Part shown: positions 10,905 through 19,935 of the stretch, one piece after another | How the letters are laid out: the number at the start of each line of letters is the position of its first letter | Position numbering within the stretch: the stretch's first letter is position 1 | Assembly (NCBI GenBank): GCA_041697335.1 | Contig: JBGUGD010000039.1 | Coordinates: 160,001-224,000 of the forward strand | Length of the DNA: 64,000 bases | Direction: 5' to 3' | Source: Vampirovibrionaceae bacterium NZW_1234 | GTDB lineage: Bacteria > Cyanobacteriota > Vampirovibrionia > Vampirovibrionales > JAGQHJ01 | Translations under genes and position numbers: made by a program | The notes under the pieces: generated by a model | What the model was told of the DNA's origin: nothing | The model's input: only the letters and a program-made list of their open reading frames with translations | Database searches by the model: none

Positions 10905-11134
10905 GGCATAAATCCTTTTTTTCGAGGGTATGAGGGAAGCTTTATTTTTTGTGAGGGTGTATGGGTTGTGCTGCGGGCATTTTCTTTATTTTATATCCAT
11001 ATTATATATTATGGTTTCAAAACCGGCTTGTTTTTAATAAAAAATTAATATTTTGGCTTGATACAAGAGGGTTTTCGGGTTTTAAACGGGTATTTTTGTC
11101 TGATATTTTTGGTTTTGAGGTTTTTTGGGGTGAG

Positions 11135-11417
11135 TTTTTTGAAGAGTGTTGGTGATGGGGTTTTGTGGTTGATTGGGTCCGAGAGGGGGGTCTCCCTCTC
11201 GGGCTCTCCCCACTGGAACCGGTTTCGCCCGGTTCCAGACCTCCGACGAAGTTTGGATCTTGGGTGCGGTGTTAGGGTTCGGTTTTTGGGTTGTCTGGCT
11301 TTTCGGCAAGTGCGGGGCATGGTTTTTTGAAGGGTGTTGGCGATGGGTTTTAAGTGGTTGATTGGGTCCGAGAGGGAAGCCACCCTCTCGGACCTAATCA
11401 AACACTTAAAACCCATC
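11135..11417. repeat. direct and inverted repeat cluster upstream of the ParB-like gene
   Basis: ~53-bp imperfect direct repeat (11135-11187, 11323-11376); palindrome with 35-bp arms (11342-11376/11383-11417, 2 mismatches); hairpins at 11177-11204 and 11213-11238. Confidence 0.9.
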
Positions 11418-11790
11418 TCCCACAACAAAAACCCCGCAGACAAAAAAATAAACCCTTGTCATCGCAAGACAACAAGGGCTCTATCGAGTAGAGAAGTAGA
11501 AGAAGAGAAGAAGCGAACCAATCTGTAAGCATAAAACCCGTTTTTCACGATTTGATGACCTTTTGTTACTTTTTATGAAGCCTGAAAATTGGCTTCCAGA
11601 GACCCTTTTAACCATTTTTTAATTTTTATAAATAATTAAAACCTGGGAATTATTTAGGTAGGCCCGAAAAGGGCCTTGAGCCAAGGGCTTTGTCCTGGTA
11701 GAATGAGCTTTCCTCCAAACACGCGCCCTACAGACGCGTTGAAGGATGGGAGGTACTGGGAATGATTGGGAACCGTGGGGACTGTATGCC

Positions 11791-13149
11791 ATGAATCATC
11801 GAATCACGTTGGGGACCAACCCCGTTCGCTTTGGTCAGAAAAACTCGTTTCAACCCATTGCCTGGACACCAGGCCAAGGCCTGAAGGTGCCGGATCAGGT
11901 GATTATCCCGTCCGTGGCCGGGGACGGCATTGGGCCGGAAATTATGCCCGAAGCCCAACGCGTGGTCAACGCGGCCGTGAAAAAAGCCTATGGGATGGCC
12001 CGATCCATTCAATGGCTGCCCCTGACCATTGGGGAAAAAGCCCTGGCCGCGGGGAAAAAACTCATCCCCGATGAGGTCCTCGACCAGATCAAACAACACC
12101 ATGTCTTTGTGAAAGGCCCCGTGGGAACCCCCATCGGCAAGGGCTTTCGCAGCGTTAACGTGGAGCTGAGGAAACAACTGGATCTCTACGCCTGTATCCG
12201 CCCGGTCAAGGCCCTGGCAGGCGTGATGACGCCCATGAAAGTGGACCAGACCGACATCGTCCTGTTTCGGGAGAACACGGAGGATGTCTACCAGGGCGTC
12301 GAATTTAAAGCAGGCTCGCGTCCGGCACGGATTTTGGCCTGGACCCTCAACACTGTTTTTCCGTGGGTCAACCGGCTTTTTGGCAACCGCGACGGCAGCG
12401 ACGGTCCCAGCACCATTGCCATTCACCCCGATAGCGCCATCGGCATCAAACCGGCCAGCGAAGAAGCCTCCAAGCGCCTGGTGCGTCGGGCCATTCAGTA
12501 TGCCATCGACCACAAGCGCCCGTCGGTGACCCTGGTGGGCAAGGGCAATATTATGAAATTTACCGAAGGCGAATTTTTGGAATGGGGCAAGCAGGTGGCC
12601 CGGGAGGAGTTTCCGGGACAGACCATCAGCGACGAGGACTTTCGTAAAACCTACGGCGGGGATTACAAAAAAGCCATGGCCGACGGGAAAGTCGTCATCC
12701 AGGAACGCCTGACCGATGCCATGTGCCAGGATATCGTTCTGAACCCGCAGTGGCACAGCGTGATTGCCACCACCAACCTGAACGGCGACTTGATGTCCGA
12801 CATTCTCGCCGCCACCGTCGGGGGCTTGGGCATTGCCCCCGGGGCCAACATCGGCGAAAAATACGCCATGTTCGAGTCCACCCACGGCACGGCCCCCACG
12901 ATTGCCGGGAAAAATATCGCCAATCCCACCGCCCTGATGCTGACCATGGGCATGATGCTGGATCACCTGGGCTGGAAAGAGGCCGCGCAAAAACTCCGCC
13001 ACGGGATCGAAAAAACCCTGGCCCAAGGCAAAATGACCGGCGATCTGGCCGTCAAAGCCGGAAAACCGGCACTGTCAACCACGGATTACACCCAGGCCGT
13101 GATCGAGGCCATTGAGTCTGACGATTCTAAAACAGCCAAGGTCGCGTAG
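11791..13149 (+). CDS. icd: NADP-dependent isocitrate dehydrogenase
   Basis: GDGIGPEI, KGPVGTPIGKGFRSVNV, FRENTED, KGNIMKFTEG, NLNGD, FESTHGTAP. Confidence 0.95.
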   Translation: MNHRITLGTNPVRFGQKNSFQPIAWTPGQGLKVPDQVIIPSVAGDGIGPEIMPEAQRVVNAAVKKAYGMARSIQWLPLTIGEKALAAGKKLIPDEVLDQIKQHHVFVKGPVGTPIGKGFRSVNVELRKQLDLYACIRPVKALAGVMTPMKVDQTDIVLFRENTEDVYQGVEFKAGSRPARILAWTLNTVFPWVNRLFGNRDGSDGPSTIAIHPDSAIGIKPASEEASKRLVRRAIQYAIDHKRPSVTLVGKGNIMKFTEGEFLEWGKQVAREEFPGQTISDEDFRKTYGGDYKKAMADGKVVIQERLTDAMCQDIVLNPQWHSVIATTNLNGDLMSDILAATVGGLGIAPGANIGEKYAMFESTHGTAPTIAGKNIANPTALMLTMGMMLDHLGWKEAAQKLRHGIEKTLAQGKMTGDLAVKAGKPALSTTDYTQAVIEAIESDDSKTAKVA

Positions 13150-13164
13150 AGCAAAGCATACGCC

Positions 13165-13398
13165 TTACGGTTCGGGCGGCTTGGGCAAAACGGGGGGATA
13201 TTTGTCTACCCCGGGAGACGGCGCTGTGGGCAAGGGAGCTGTATTGAAGGAATTCTGCAACGGGAGCGGGATGTCGTTAGGCAGGGTAGACGGAATGAAA
13301 GCCCGATCCTGAAAAATCAAGGGCGGCGGCGTAGGTTTCGCCACTTCTCTGGCTGAAGATAGGAGAGGTAAGGGTTTAGGTGGGATAGGTCCTGCCAT
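13165..13398 (-). CDS. small proline-rich protein (77 aa)
   Basis: GGAGG RBS and its own sigma28-like promoter upstream. Confidence 0.6.
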   Translation of the reverse strand: MAGPIPPKPLPLLSSAREVAKPTPPPLIFQDRAFIPSTLPNDIPLPLQNSFNTAPLPTAPSPGVDKYPPVLPKPPEP

Positions 13399-13485
13399 AA
13401 AAGGATACCTCCGGACTGGCCCCGTATTCTAGAACCGCTGTTGTCAGGGTAGCAAGATACGGGGGTGCGTGACTACCTGATCACC

Positions 13486-13512
13486 ATATCGGCAACCATG
13501 GCCAACCCTTGA
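13486..13512 (-). promoter_or_regulatory. sigma28 (FliA)-like promoter
   Basis: TCAA-N15-GCCGATAT. Confidence 0.7.
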
Positions 13513-13517
13513 ATGGG

Positions 13518-14456
13518 TTAGCGGGTGGTCAGGGCCAGATCGCCGTTGAGGTACATGGGCATCAGGGACCGGATGGTCGCGGTGAGGGTGGTGATGCGGG
13601 TCAGCTCGTCAGCATCCGGCGCCACCAGGGGCAGGCGCAAGAATGGCTCTATCATGCCCAGTTGACTCAGGCAGGTTTTCACCACCGTGGGGTTGGGCAG
13701 GAAGAACAGCTCCTTGAAGACCGGCATCAGTTGAAGGTGTAGGGCCAGCGCGGTTTTGTGATCCTGGGCCCGGAAGGCATCGACCATCTGACGAATGAGG
13801 GTGCCCACCACATGAGAAGCCACGCTGAAGACCCCATCGGCACCCAAGGCCAACATGGGCAGGGTCAGGCTGTCATCGCCACACCACAGGCGGAAGGACG
13901 AGGGCGTTTTCAAACGGATATCACTGACCAGATCCATATCCGGGTTGCTTTGCTTGACGCCAATCAGGTTGTCATGGGCATTGGCGAGAGTCGCCATGGT
14001 CTCGGCCGTCATATTGACCACACTGCGCCCCGGAATGTTGTAGATGATGACCGGGCTGCTGACGGCCTGGGCCACGGCCCCAAAGTGGGCCACCATGCCT
14101 TTTTGAGAGGGCTTGTTGTAATAGGGCACCACTACCAAGAGGGCATCCACCCCGGCTTTTTCGGTTTGCCGGGACAGCTCGATGGTGGACTGGGTGTCGT
14201 TGGTGGCACTCCCGGCAATGAGCTTAACCGGCTGCTGGCCAATGACGCCTTTCACGGTTTTGAGAACCGCGAGCTTTTCCTCGGTCGTCACCGTGGGGTT
14301 TTCGCCCGTGGAGCCGTTGACCAGAATGGCATCGGATCCGGTATCAATAAGATGTTGGGCCAGGCGCTCCAGGGCGCCATGATCCACACTAAAATCCGAC
14401 TTAAACGGCGTAACAATCGCCGTACACAGTGTCATATCCAAGGTATTCTGCCCCAT
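13518..14456 (-). CDS. dapA: 4-hydroxy-tetrahydrodipicolinate synthase
   Basis: TAIVTPF, NGSTGE, VPYYNKPSQ, IYNIPGRS, GVKQS. Confidence 0.96.
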   Translation of the reverse strand: MGQNTLDMTLCTAIVTPFKSDFSVDHGALERLAQHLIDTGSDAILVNGSTGENPTVTTEEKLAVLKTVKGVIGQQPVKLIAGSATNDTQSTIELSRQTEKAGVDALLVVVPYYNKPSQKGMVAHFGAVAQAVSSPVIIYNIPGRSVVNMTAETMATLANAHDNLIGVKQSNPDMDLVSDIRLKTPSSFRLWCGDDSLTLPMLALGADGVFSVASHVVGTLIRQMVDAFRAQDHKTALALHLQLMPVFKELFFLPNPTVVKTCLSQLGMIEPFLRLPLVAPDADELTRITTLTATIRSLMPMYLNGDLALTTR

Positions 14457-14489
14457 ATCCGTGTCTCCTCCTTAAGAAACCCGATAATA

Positions 14490-15539
14490 CTAAACCGCTT
14501 CCACGACGCGGTCGGTGGCTCTGATCAAATTCATCTGGTGCAGTTTTTCGGCAATACGAACGGCATTCAAGGCCGCCCCAATCCGAAGGTTGTCGGCCAC
14601 CACCCACAGGTTGACGCCATAACCCGGATTGGACGAGTCTTCCCGAACCCGACCCACCAGAACCGGGTCGATTCCGGCCGCATCACGCGGGGTGGGAAAT
14701 TCCTCCTGCTTTTCAAAGACCTGCACATCAGGCACCTGCTTGAGGGCCGCAATGACCTGCTTAGGCGTGGTGGGCTTTTCAAAGTCCACGGTGACCGATT
14801 CACTGTGGCTGATAAGCACAGGCACCCGGACGGCGGTACAGGTGATGCGCAAGTCAGGCTTGTGAAGCATCTTGCGGCTTTCGGCAATGACTTTGAATTC
14901 TTCCTTGGTGTAGCCATCGTCCATGAACTTGTCAATCTGGGGAATCAGGTTGAAGGCCAACGGGCGAGAGAAGAGGTGGTGCGTGATCTCCCCTTCAAAG
15001 TTTGTGGTGGCAAAGGCCTTGATGGTCTGGCACAGCTCGTCCATGGCATTCTTTCCGGCGCCACTGGCCGACTGATAAGTGCTGACGACAACCCGTTTCA
15101 AGCCGCCCAAGTCATCCAGGGCTTTCAGGACCGGCATGAGTTGGGCCGTGGAACAGTTGGGGTTGGCCACAATGCCTTTGTGCCAGGTCAAGTCCTCATC
15201 GTTAACACCGGCCACCACCAGAGGAACCTCTTCGTGCAAGCGGAAAAAGCTGGTGTTGTCTACCACGACGGCACCCCGCTTGACGGCTTCGGGGACCAGC
15301 TTTTCGCTGACAGACCCACCGGCGGACGCCAAAACCAAATCCACCCCGTCGAAGGCTTCGGGGCGAGCTTCTTCGATGGTGTAGGACTTGCCCATAAAGG
15401 TCAGGGTACCACCGGCACTCTTGGCACTGGCCAAAGGCTTTAACGTGCCTACCGGAAACTGACGTTCTTCCAGGATTTGCAAAATCCGCTGGCCCACCAA
15501 TCCCGTGGCTCCCAGTACCGCAACCGTATATGTTTTCAT
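14490..15539 (-). CDS. asd: aspartate-semialdehyde dehydrogenase
   Basis: GATGLVG, ANPNCST, STYQSASGAG, DNLRIGAA. Confidence 0.97.
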   Translation of the reverse strand: MKTYTVAVLGATGLVGQRILQILEERQFPVGTLKPLASAKSAGGTLTFMGKSYTIEEARPEAFDGVDLVLASAGGSVSEKLVPEAVKRGAVVVDNTSFFRLHEEVPLVVAGVNDEDLTWHKGIVANPNCSTAQLMPVLKALDDLGGLKRVVVSTYQSASGAGKNAMDELCQTIKAFATTNFEGEITHHLFSRPLAFNLIPQIDKFMDDGYTKEEFKVIAESRKMLHKPDLRITCTAVRVPVLISHSESVTVDFEKPTTPKQVIAALKQVPDVQVFEKQEEFPTPRDAAGIDPVLVGRVREDSSNPGYGVNLWVVADNLRIGAALNAVRIAEKLHQMNLIRATDRVVEAV

Positions 15540-15756
15540 CGCCGCATCGTCCTTACATGGTCTGACACATCCCCCTCAGTGTAGTACAGCCAAGGCCGGG
15601 CGACAATGCCTGGACGATTGTCGAAGTCCGGGGAAAAAAATCCACCGTACAGTTGTTTGTTTTATGTCATGCATTTTGGAATAATGAACTTGCCCCTCAA
15701 AGCATCCATGCTGAGGTACGATTGAGGAAGAGTAACGTCACGACTGAAGTCCCCCT

Positions 15757-16863
15757 ATGAGTGCAACCAAAGCCGTTTTAGACAAACTGTCCACCGCCGC
15801 CCTGGTCTTTGAACAAAAGGAACCGGGACAATGGGTAGTGATCGACTGGAACCCCGCCCTGGAAACCCTGCGAGAAGGCCCAGGGAAAGACCTGAAAGGC
15901 CGGGAAGCCAAGAGCTTTATTGAGGTTGAAGCCAAGGCCAACAACCCCTTGCCCCTGTTTCAAGAGAAAAGCGTCAAGCCCATGACCCCCTTGAACATCC
16001 ATACGGGCTTGTTTGAAACTGCCTCGCAGCAACAGGTGCGGGTCAAAATCAAGTACGACTGGGTGGATGCCGACACCCTGGTAATGTGGATCGAGCTGTT
16101 CTCCGAAGATATGGCCCTGACCCAGGCCCATGCCGACTTTGTCAGCACCGTCAGCCACGAGTTTCGTACCCCGCTGACCAGCATTAAAGGCTTTGCCGAT
16201 ACGCTCTTGCGCTACGGCTCGAACCTGGATCCCGAACAACAAAAACGCTTTATCAACATTATTAAGCACCAGGCCGACCGTTTGACCCGCCTGGTTGAAA
16301 ATATGTTGACCGTCTCCAAGCTGGGTGCCCAGAAAACCCAGTTTATCTATCGGCCTATTCCGCTGAAAAAGACCATCGAGCGGATTGTGCAAAGTGTGGA
16401 AGCCAAAATCCCGGACCCGCGGGAGTTCAAGATCAAGATTTCCGAAGACCTGGTGGAAGTCTGGGCCGACCCGGACAAATTGGAGCAGGTGCTGTTAAAC
16501 CTCATCGACAACGCCGCCAAGTACTCCTATGCCGAATCCACCGTCACCATCCAGGCCGATTTGCTGGAAGACGACAACGACAAGATTGAAATCAACATCA
16601 GTGACCAGGGTGTGGGGATTCCCAAGGAACACTTGCCCAATATCTTCAACAAGTTCTCCCGGATTGATAACCCCTTGACCCGGGAAGTGGAAGGCACAGG
16701 CCTAGGTCTGTACATCACCAAGTCGCTGACCAACGCCATGGGCGGCCAGATTTCCGTGACCAGCGAAGAGAAAAAAGGCACCACTTTTACCGTTATTCTG
16801 CCGGTCGCCACCCCTGAACGACAAGCCGCAGCCCGACTCCAGGGAGAAGAGGAGACGGCCTAA
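15757..16863 (+). CDS. cytoplasmic sensor histidine kinase
   Basis: VSHEFRTPLT, NLIDNAAKY, DQGVGI, GTGLGL; no TM segment. Confidence 0.95.
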   Translation: MSATKAVLDKLSTAALVFEQKEPGQWVVIDWNPALETLREGPGKDLKGREAKSFIEVEAKANNPLPLFQEKSVKPMTPLNIHTGLFETASQQQVRVKIKYDWVDADTLVMWIELFSEDMALTQAHADFVSTVSHEFRTPLTSIKGFADTLLRYGSNLDPEQQKRFINIIKHQADRLTRLVENMLTVSKLGAQKTQFIYRPIPLKKTIERIVQSVEAKIPDPREFKIKISEDLVEVWADPDKLEQVLLNLIDNAAKYSYAESTVTIQADLLEDDNDKIEINISDQGVGIPKEHLPNIFNKFSRIDNPLTREVEGTGLGLYITKSLTNAMGGQISVTSEEKKGTTFTVILPVATPERQAAARLQGEEETA

Positions 16864-18173
16864 TGGCATTTCAACTGGTCCAGCTCATCGGCACCCCCCC
16901 GCCCGAACTGGTCGAGGTGTTACGACAGGAGCTTAACCAGGAATCCCTGGTGCAATCCATTGAAACCCCCACCATTATGGAAGCCCAAAGCATCCTGCCC
17001 AAAGTGCTGCCGGATTTGGTGGTGTTTTTTATTGATTCGCTGGAAGAAAACGTCAGCCAGTTTTGTCAGGAAATCCGGGCCCAGATTACCGAACACCGGC
17101 CTATTATCGTTATCTCCTCATCCCAAGCCAACAAGGACCAACGCATCGAGTTCTTCCTGAGTGGGGCCGACGATTACCTGACCACCGACATTGAACCGGA
17201 AGAATTTGCGGTGCGTCTCTTGGTGCACCTGCGCCGCAACGTGGAGCTTCTCTCCAACAGCCAGACCCGCCTGCCCGGTCTGCCCCTGTTTGCACGCCTC
17301 ATCCAGCGTAAGATCAACCTGGATTTACCGTGGGCCTTGATTCTGATTGAATTGAACAATTTTGGCGTCTACACCGAAGTGTATGGACGTATTCCCAGCG
17401 AACAGATTTTGAAAACCCTGGCTGCATTGCTTAAACAGCTCATTCTTCCTCCCGATATCGTTGGCCAGATTGACACCGAAAACTTCCTGGTACTGACCAC
17501 CCCGGAAAAAGCCGAGCGCATCGCCGAGTTGATGTGCAAGCAGTTTGATGACGTCGTCATCAACTTTTATTCGGAAAAAGACCAGAAACGGGGCTATATT
17601 ATTTCCGTGGTCAACGAGTCCATCAGCCAGCGCGTGCCCTTTGTCTGCCTGAGCATGGGCATTGTGACCAGCGAGAACAAGCTGTTCCGAAACTACATGT
17701 CCGTCTTCAGCAGCTCGGTAGAGATGAAAAACATTGCCAAGGGCAACTACGGCAGCAACTGGGTCAGCGAGCGCCTGAAACTAACGGGCAGCATAACCGC
17801 CGATGCCGACCGTCTGAAGAAGATTTTGATTGTAGAAGAAGATGCCGCCCTGGCCTTTTTGCTGAAAAGCACCCTGGAAATGCAAGGCTACCACGTCGAA
17901 ACCTGCATCAATCACAGCGAAGCCAAATCGTCGCTGGAAAAAGAGCGCGCCGATATGCTGCTCTTCGACCCGGCGATTCCCGGGCTCTTCAAGGGCTGGG
18001 ACCTGTGCCAATGGATTCGCCAGACCGAAGGCCTGAAGCTGATGCACATCATCTGTATGTCCAGTATCCACGACCGGGAGCAGGCGTTGAACGCCGGGGC
18101 CGACCTCTACTTGCCCAAACCCTTTGAGCTGTCCTCCCTGTTTACCTGGGTCGATCGCTTCCTGAAACGTTAA
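16863..18173 (+). CDS. REC-like / degenerate GGDEF / REC response regulator
   Basis: GADDYL REC end; GGDEF-fold segment with GQIDTENF at the active-site position; C-terminal REC (KILIVEED...LLFD...LPKPF). Confidence 0.85.
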   Translation: MAFQLVQLIGTPPPELVEVLRQELNQESLVQSIETPTIMEAQSILPKVLPDLVVFFIDSLEENVSQFCQEIRAQITEHRPIIVISSSQANKDQRIEFFLSGADDYLTTDIEPEEFAVRLLVHLRRNVELLSNSQTRLPGLPLFARLIQRKINLDLPWALILIELNNFGVYTEVYGRIPSEQILKTLAALLKQLILPPDIVGQIDTENFLVLTTPEKAERIAELMCKQFDDVVINFYSEKDQKRGYIISVVNESISQRVPFVCLSMGIVTSENKLFRNYMSVFSSSVEMKNIAKGNYGSNWVSERLKLTGSITADADRLKKILIVEEDAALAFLLKSTLEMQGYHVETCINHSEAKSSLEKERADMLLFDPAIPGLFKGWDLCQWIRQTEGLKLMHIICMSSIHDREQALNAGADLYLPKPFELSSLFTWVDRFLKR

Positions 18174-18256
18174 TGGGGCTGACTCCTCCGGAAACCGTGC
18201 GACCAATGCACCTGCGAAAGACTCTCAACCAAATAGGGGAGATTTTTGCCCATCTC

Positions 18257-18283
18257 TTTAGTCATCCAGGTGGTGGCCGATAC
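18257..18283 (+). promoter_or_regulatory. sigma28-like promoter
   Basis: TTTA-N15-GCCGATAC upstream of the HDOD gene. Confidence 0.6.
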
Positions 18284-18364
18284 CGTGGGTGGCCCGCGAG
18301 GTCTGATTTTTTGCATGCACGTATTGACCGCGCCCATTCCTGAAGGAATAAACCGGATGCCTCC

Positions 18365-19258
18365 ATGGAACCTATGAATGTGAACAAAGGCTATGAGATT
18401 AGCCTGAAACGTGTGTTGGATTTACCCTCGCTGCCTGACGTCGTCAACAGTATTATTGAGATTGTCGGCGATGACGCTACACCGGCATCGGAAATTGCCA
18501 AGCTCATCAGCTATGACCCCGGCTTGACCTCCAAATGCCTTCGCATGGTTAATTCTGCGGCCTACGGCTTTCAGCGGCAAATCAGCTCGGTGCAGCATGC
18601 CATTATGATCCTGGGCTTCAATACCGTGCGGGGGGTGGTTCTGAGCGCCAGCATCTACAAAATGTTCTCGGATAAAAAAGGGCAAAAAGGCATCGATCCC
18701 ATCCAGTTCTGGCGCCATTCCTTCGGTACCGCCATTGCCAGCCGGGTGCTGGCCAATAAATTCCGCATCCGTTATGCCGAAGACGCCTTCAGTGCGGGCA
18801 TGCTTCACGACATCGGCAAGATGATCCTGGACTATTACTTTGCCATGGAGTATCAGGACGTGCTGACCACGGCCCGGTCCAACCGAATCCCCTTCAGCGG
18901 ACGCCTTTTCGTGGCCCTGGAACACAAGATTCTTAAAACCGATCACACGCATCTGGGCTACCAGATTGCCCAGCGCTGGAAACTGCCGGTGACCTTCAAC
19001 GAAGTCATTCGCTGGCATCATCATCCTGAGCGGGCAACCGATGCGCCGGAGCTGGTGTATGTGGTGGCCCTGGCCAATGCCTTTAGCCATATTCTTCAGC
19101 ACAACCACGGGGTTTTCTCTGATGCCTACCTGACCCCGGCTCTGAGAGAGTATTTTCAATACGACCCTGAAGACCCGGAGCCCTTTATTGCACTGTTTAA
19201 AGAAGTGGCCGCCGAAATGGAATCCCTGGACGATCTGTTGATCTCCCTCAAGCACTAA
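18365..19258 (+). CDS. HDOD domain protein
   Basis: LPSLP, DPGLT..LRMVNSA.YG, FWRHS, AGMLHDIGK, RWKLP, HHHP. Confidence 0.93.
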   Translation: MEPMNVNKGYEISLKRVLDLPSLPDVVNSIIEIVGDDATPASEIAKLISYDPGLTSKCLRMVNSAAYGFQRQISSVQHAIMILGFNTVRGVVLSASIYKMFSDKKGQKGIDPIQFWRHSFGTAIASRVLANKFRIRYAEDAFSAGMLHDIGKMILDYYFAMEYQDVLTTARSNRIPFSGRLFVALEHKILKTDHTHLGYQIAQRWKLPVTFNEVIRWHHHPERATDAPELVYVVALANAFSHILQHNHGVFSDAYLTPALREYFQYDPEDPEPFIALFKEVAAEMESLDDLLISLKH

Positions 19259-19469
19259 CCCCCCTTTTCCCTCGATTTTCCAAACCAGACGTCACATGCA
19301 CATGCCCCTCCTGTCCGGCTTGACTTGATGGGAGCGCCAAAGGACATCCACTATGAACAACTATGAACGCGAGGTCCGAGGCTTAAATGCTTTCAGGATA
19401 AGGGATTAATATTTTCTTTCTTTTTGTCCGGGCAATTCTAAAGATTTTTCCGTTTTTTTAATAATACAG

Positions 19470-19915
19470 GCGAGCGTTAAACAAAACGCCCTTGGGAGAG
19501 AGAAAATCGCATAGTAAAAGGAGAAATCAATCCCTTAAACGGTATTGTGCACTGTTTGTTGGTAATAAGGAGGATCAGAGAGCAACAATTCTTTTGATGT
19601 GTTTTAGGAACGAGTCAACGTTAAAGGATTCAAAGGAGGTTACTAGCCGTTTAAATCAAGCTTTTTGTACAAACAAGATGTTTTATTCAAATGGTTAAGT
19701 AGAAAAACAAGGAGGTCTTCATCGGGAGAAAACCAATACCGTGTTTATGATGAACTTTTAGGACGTACACTTTAGGATAAGTAAGGAGGCAAAGCCTAGA
19801 TCAGATAGCGTTATTAGTTTCGTGAATTGATCTTGAATTTTAGACGATTGCCACGATGGCAAACGCAATATGCGTCAATGACACCCGACTTCAACTGGAG
19901 TCGGGTGTTCGTCAT
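19470..19915 (+). ncRNA. candidate CsrB/RsmZ-like GGA-rich small RNA
   Basis: 12 GGA vs 1 TCC in 19495-19787; four AAGGAGG without start codons; ends in a hairpin; boundaries inferred. Confidence 0.55.
19881..19908. terminator. hairpin between the GGA-rich RNA and the end of fliI (probably bidirectional)
   Basis: ACACCCGACT...AGTCGGGTGT stem flanked by AATGAC/GTCATT. Confidence 0.75.
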
Positions 19916-19935
19916 TAAAGGAATAACCCTGCTTT

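Noticed and set aside
11045..11528. Several short ORFs in the repeat region upstream of the ParB-like gene
   Set aside because: Low-complexity translations of skewed repeat DNA with no RBS support
13758..15443. 561-aa plus-strand ORF and similar long shadow ORFs (e.g. 11728-13026, 22078-23052, 4648-5511)
   Set aside because: Antisense to clearly conserved genes; explained by GC-rich codon bias
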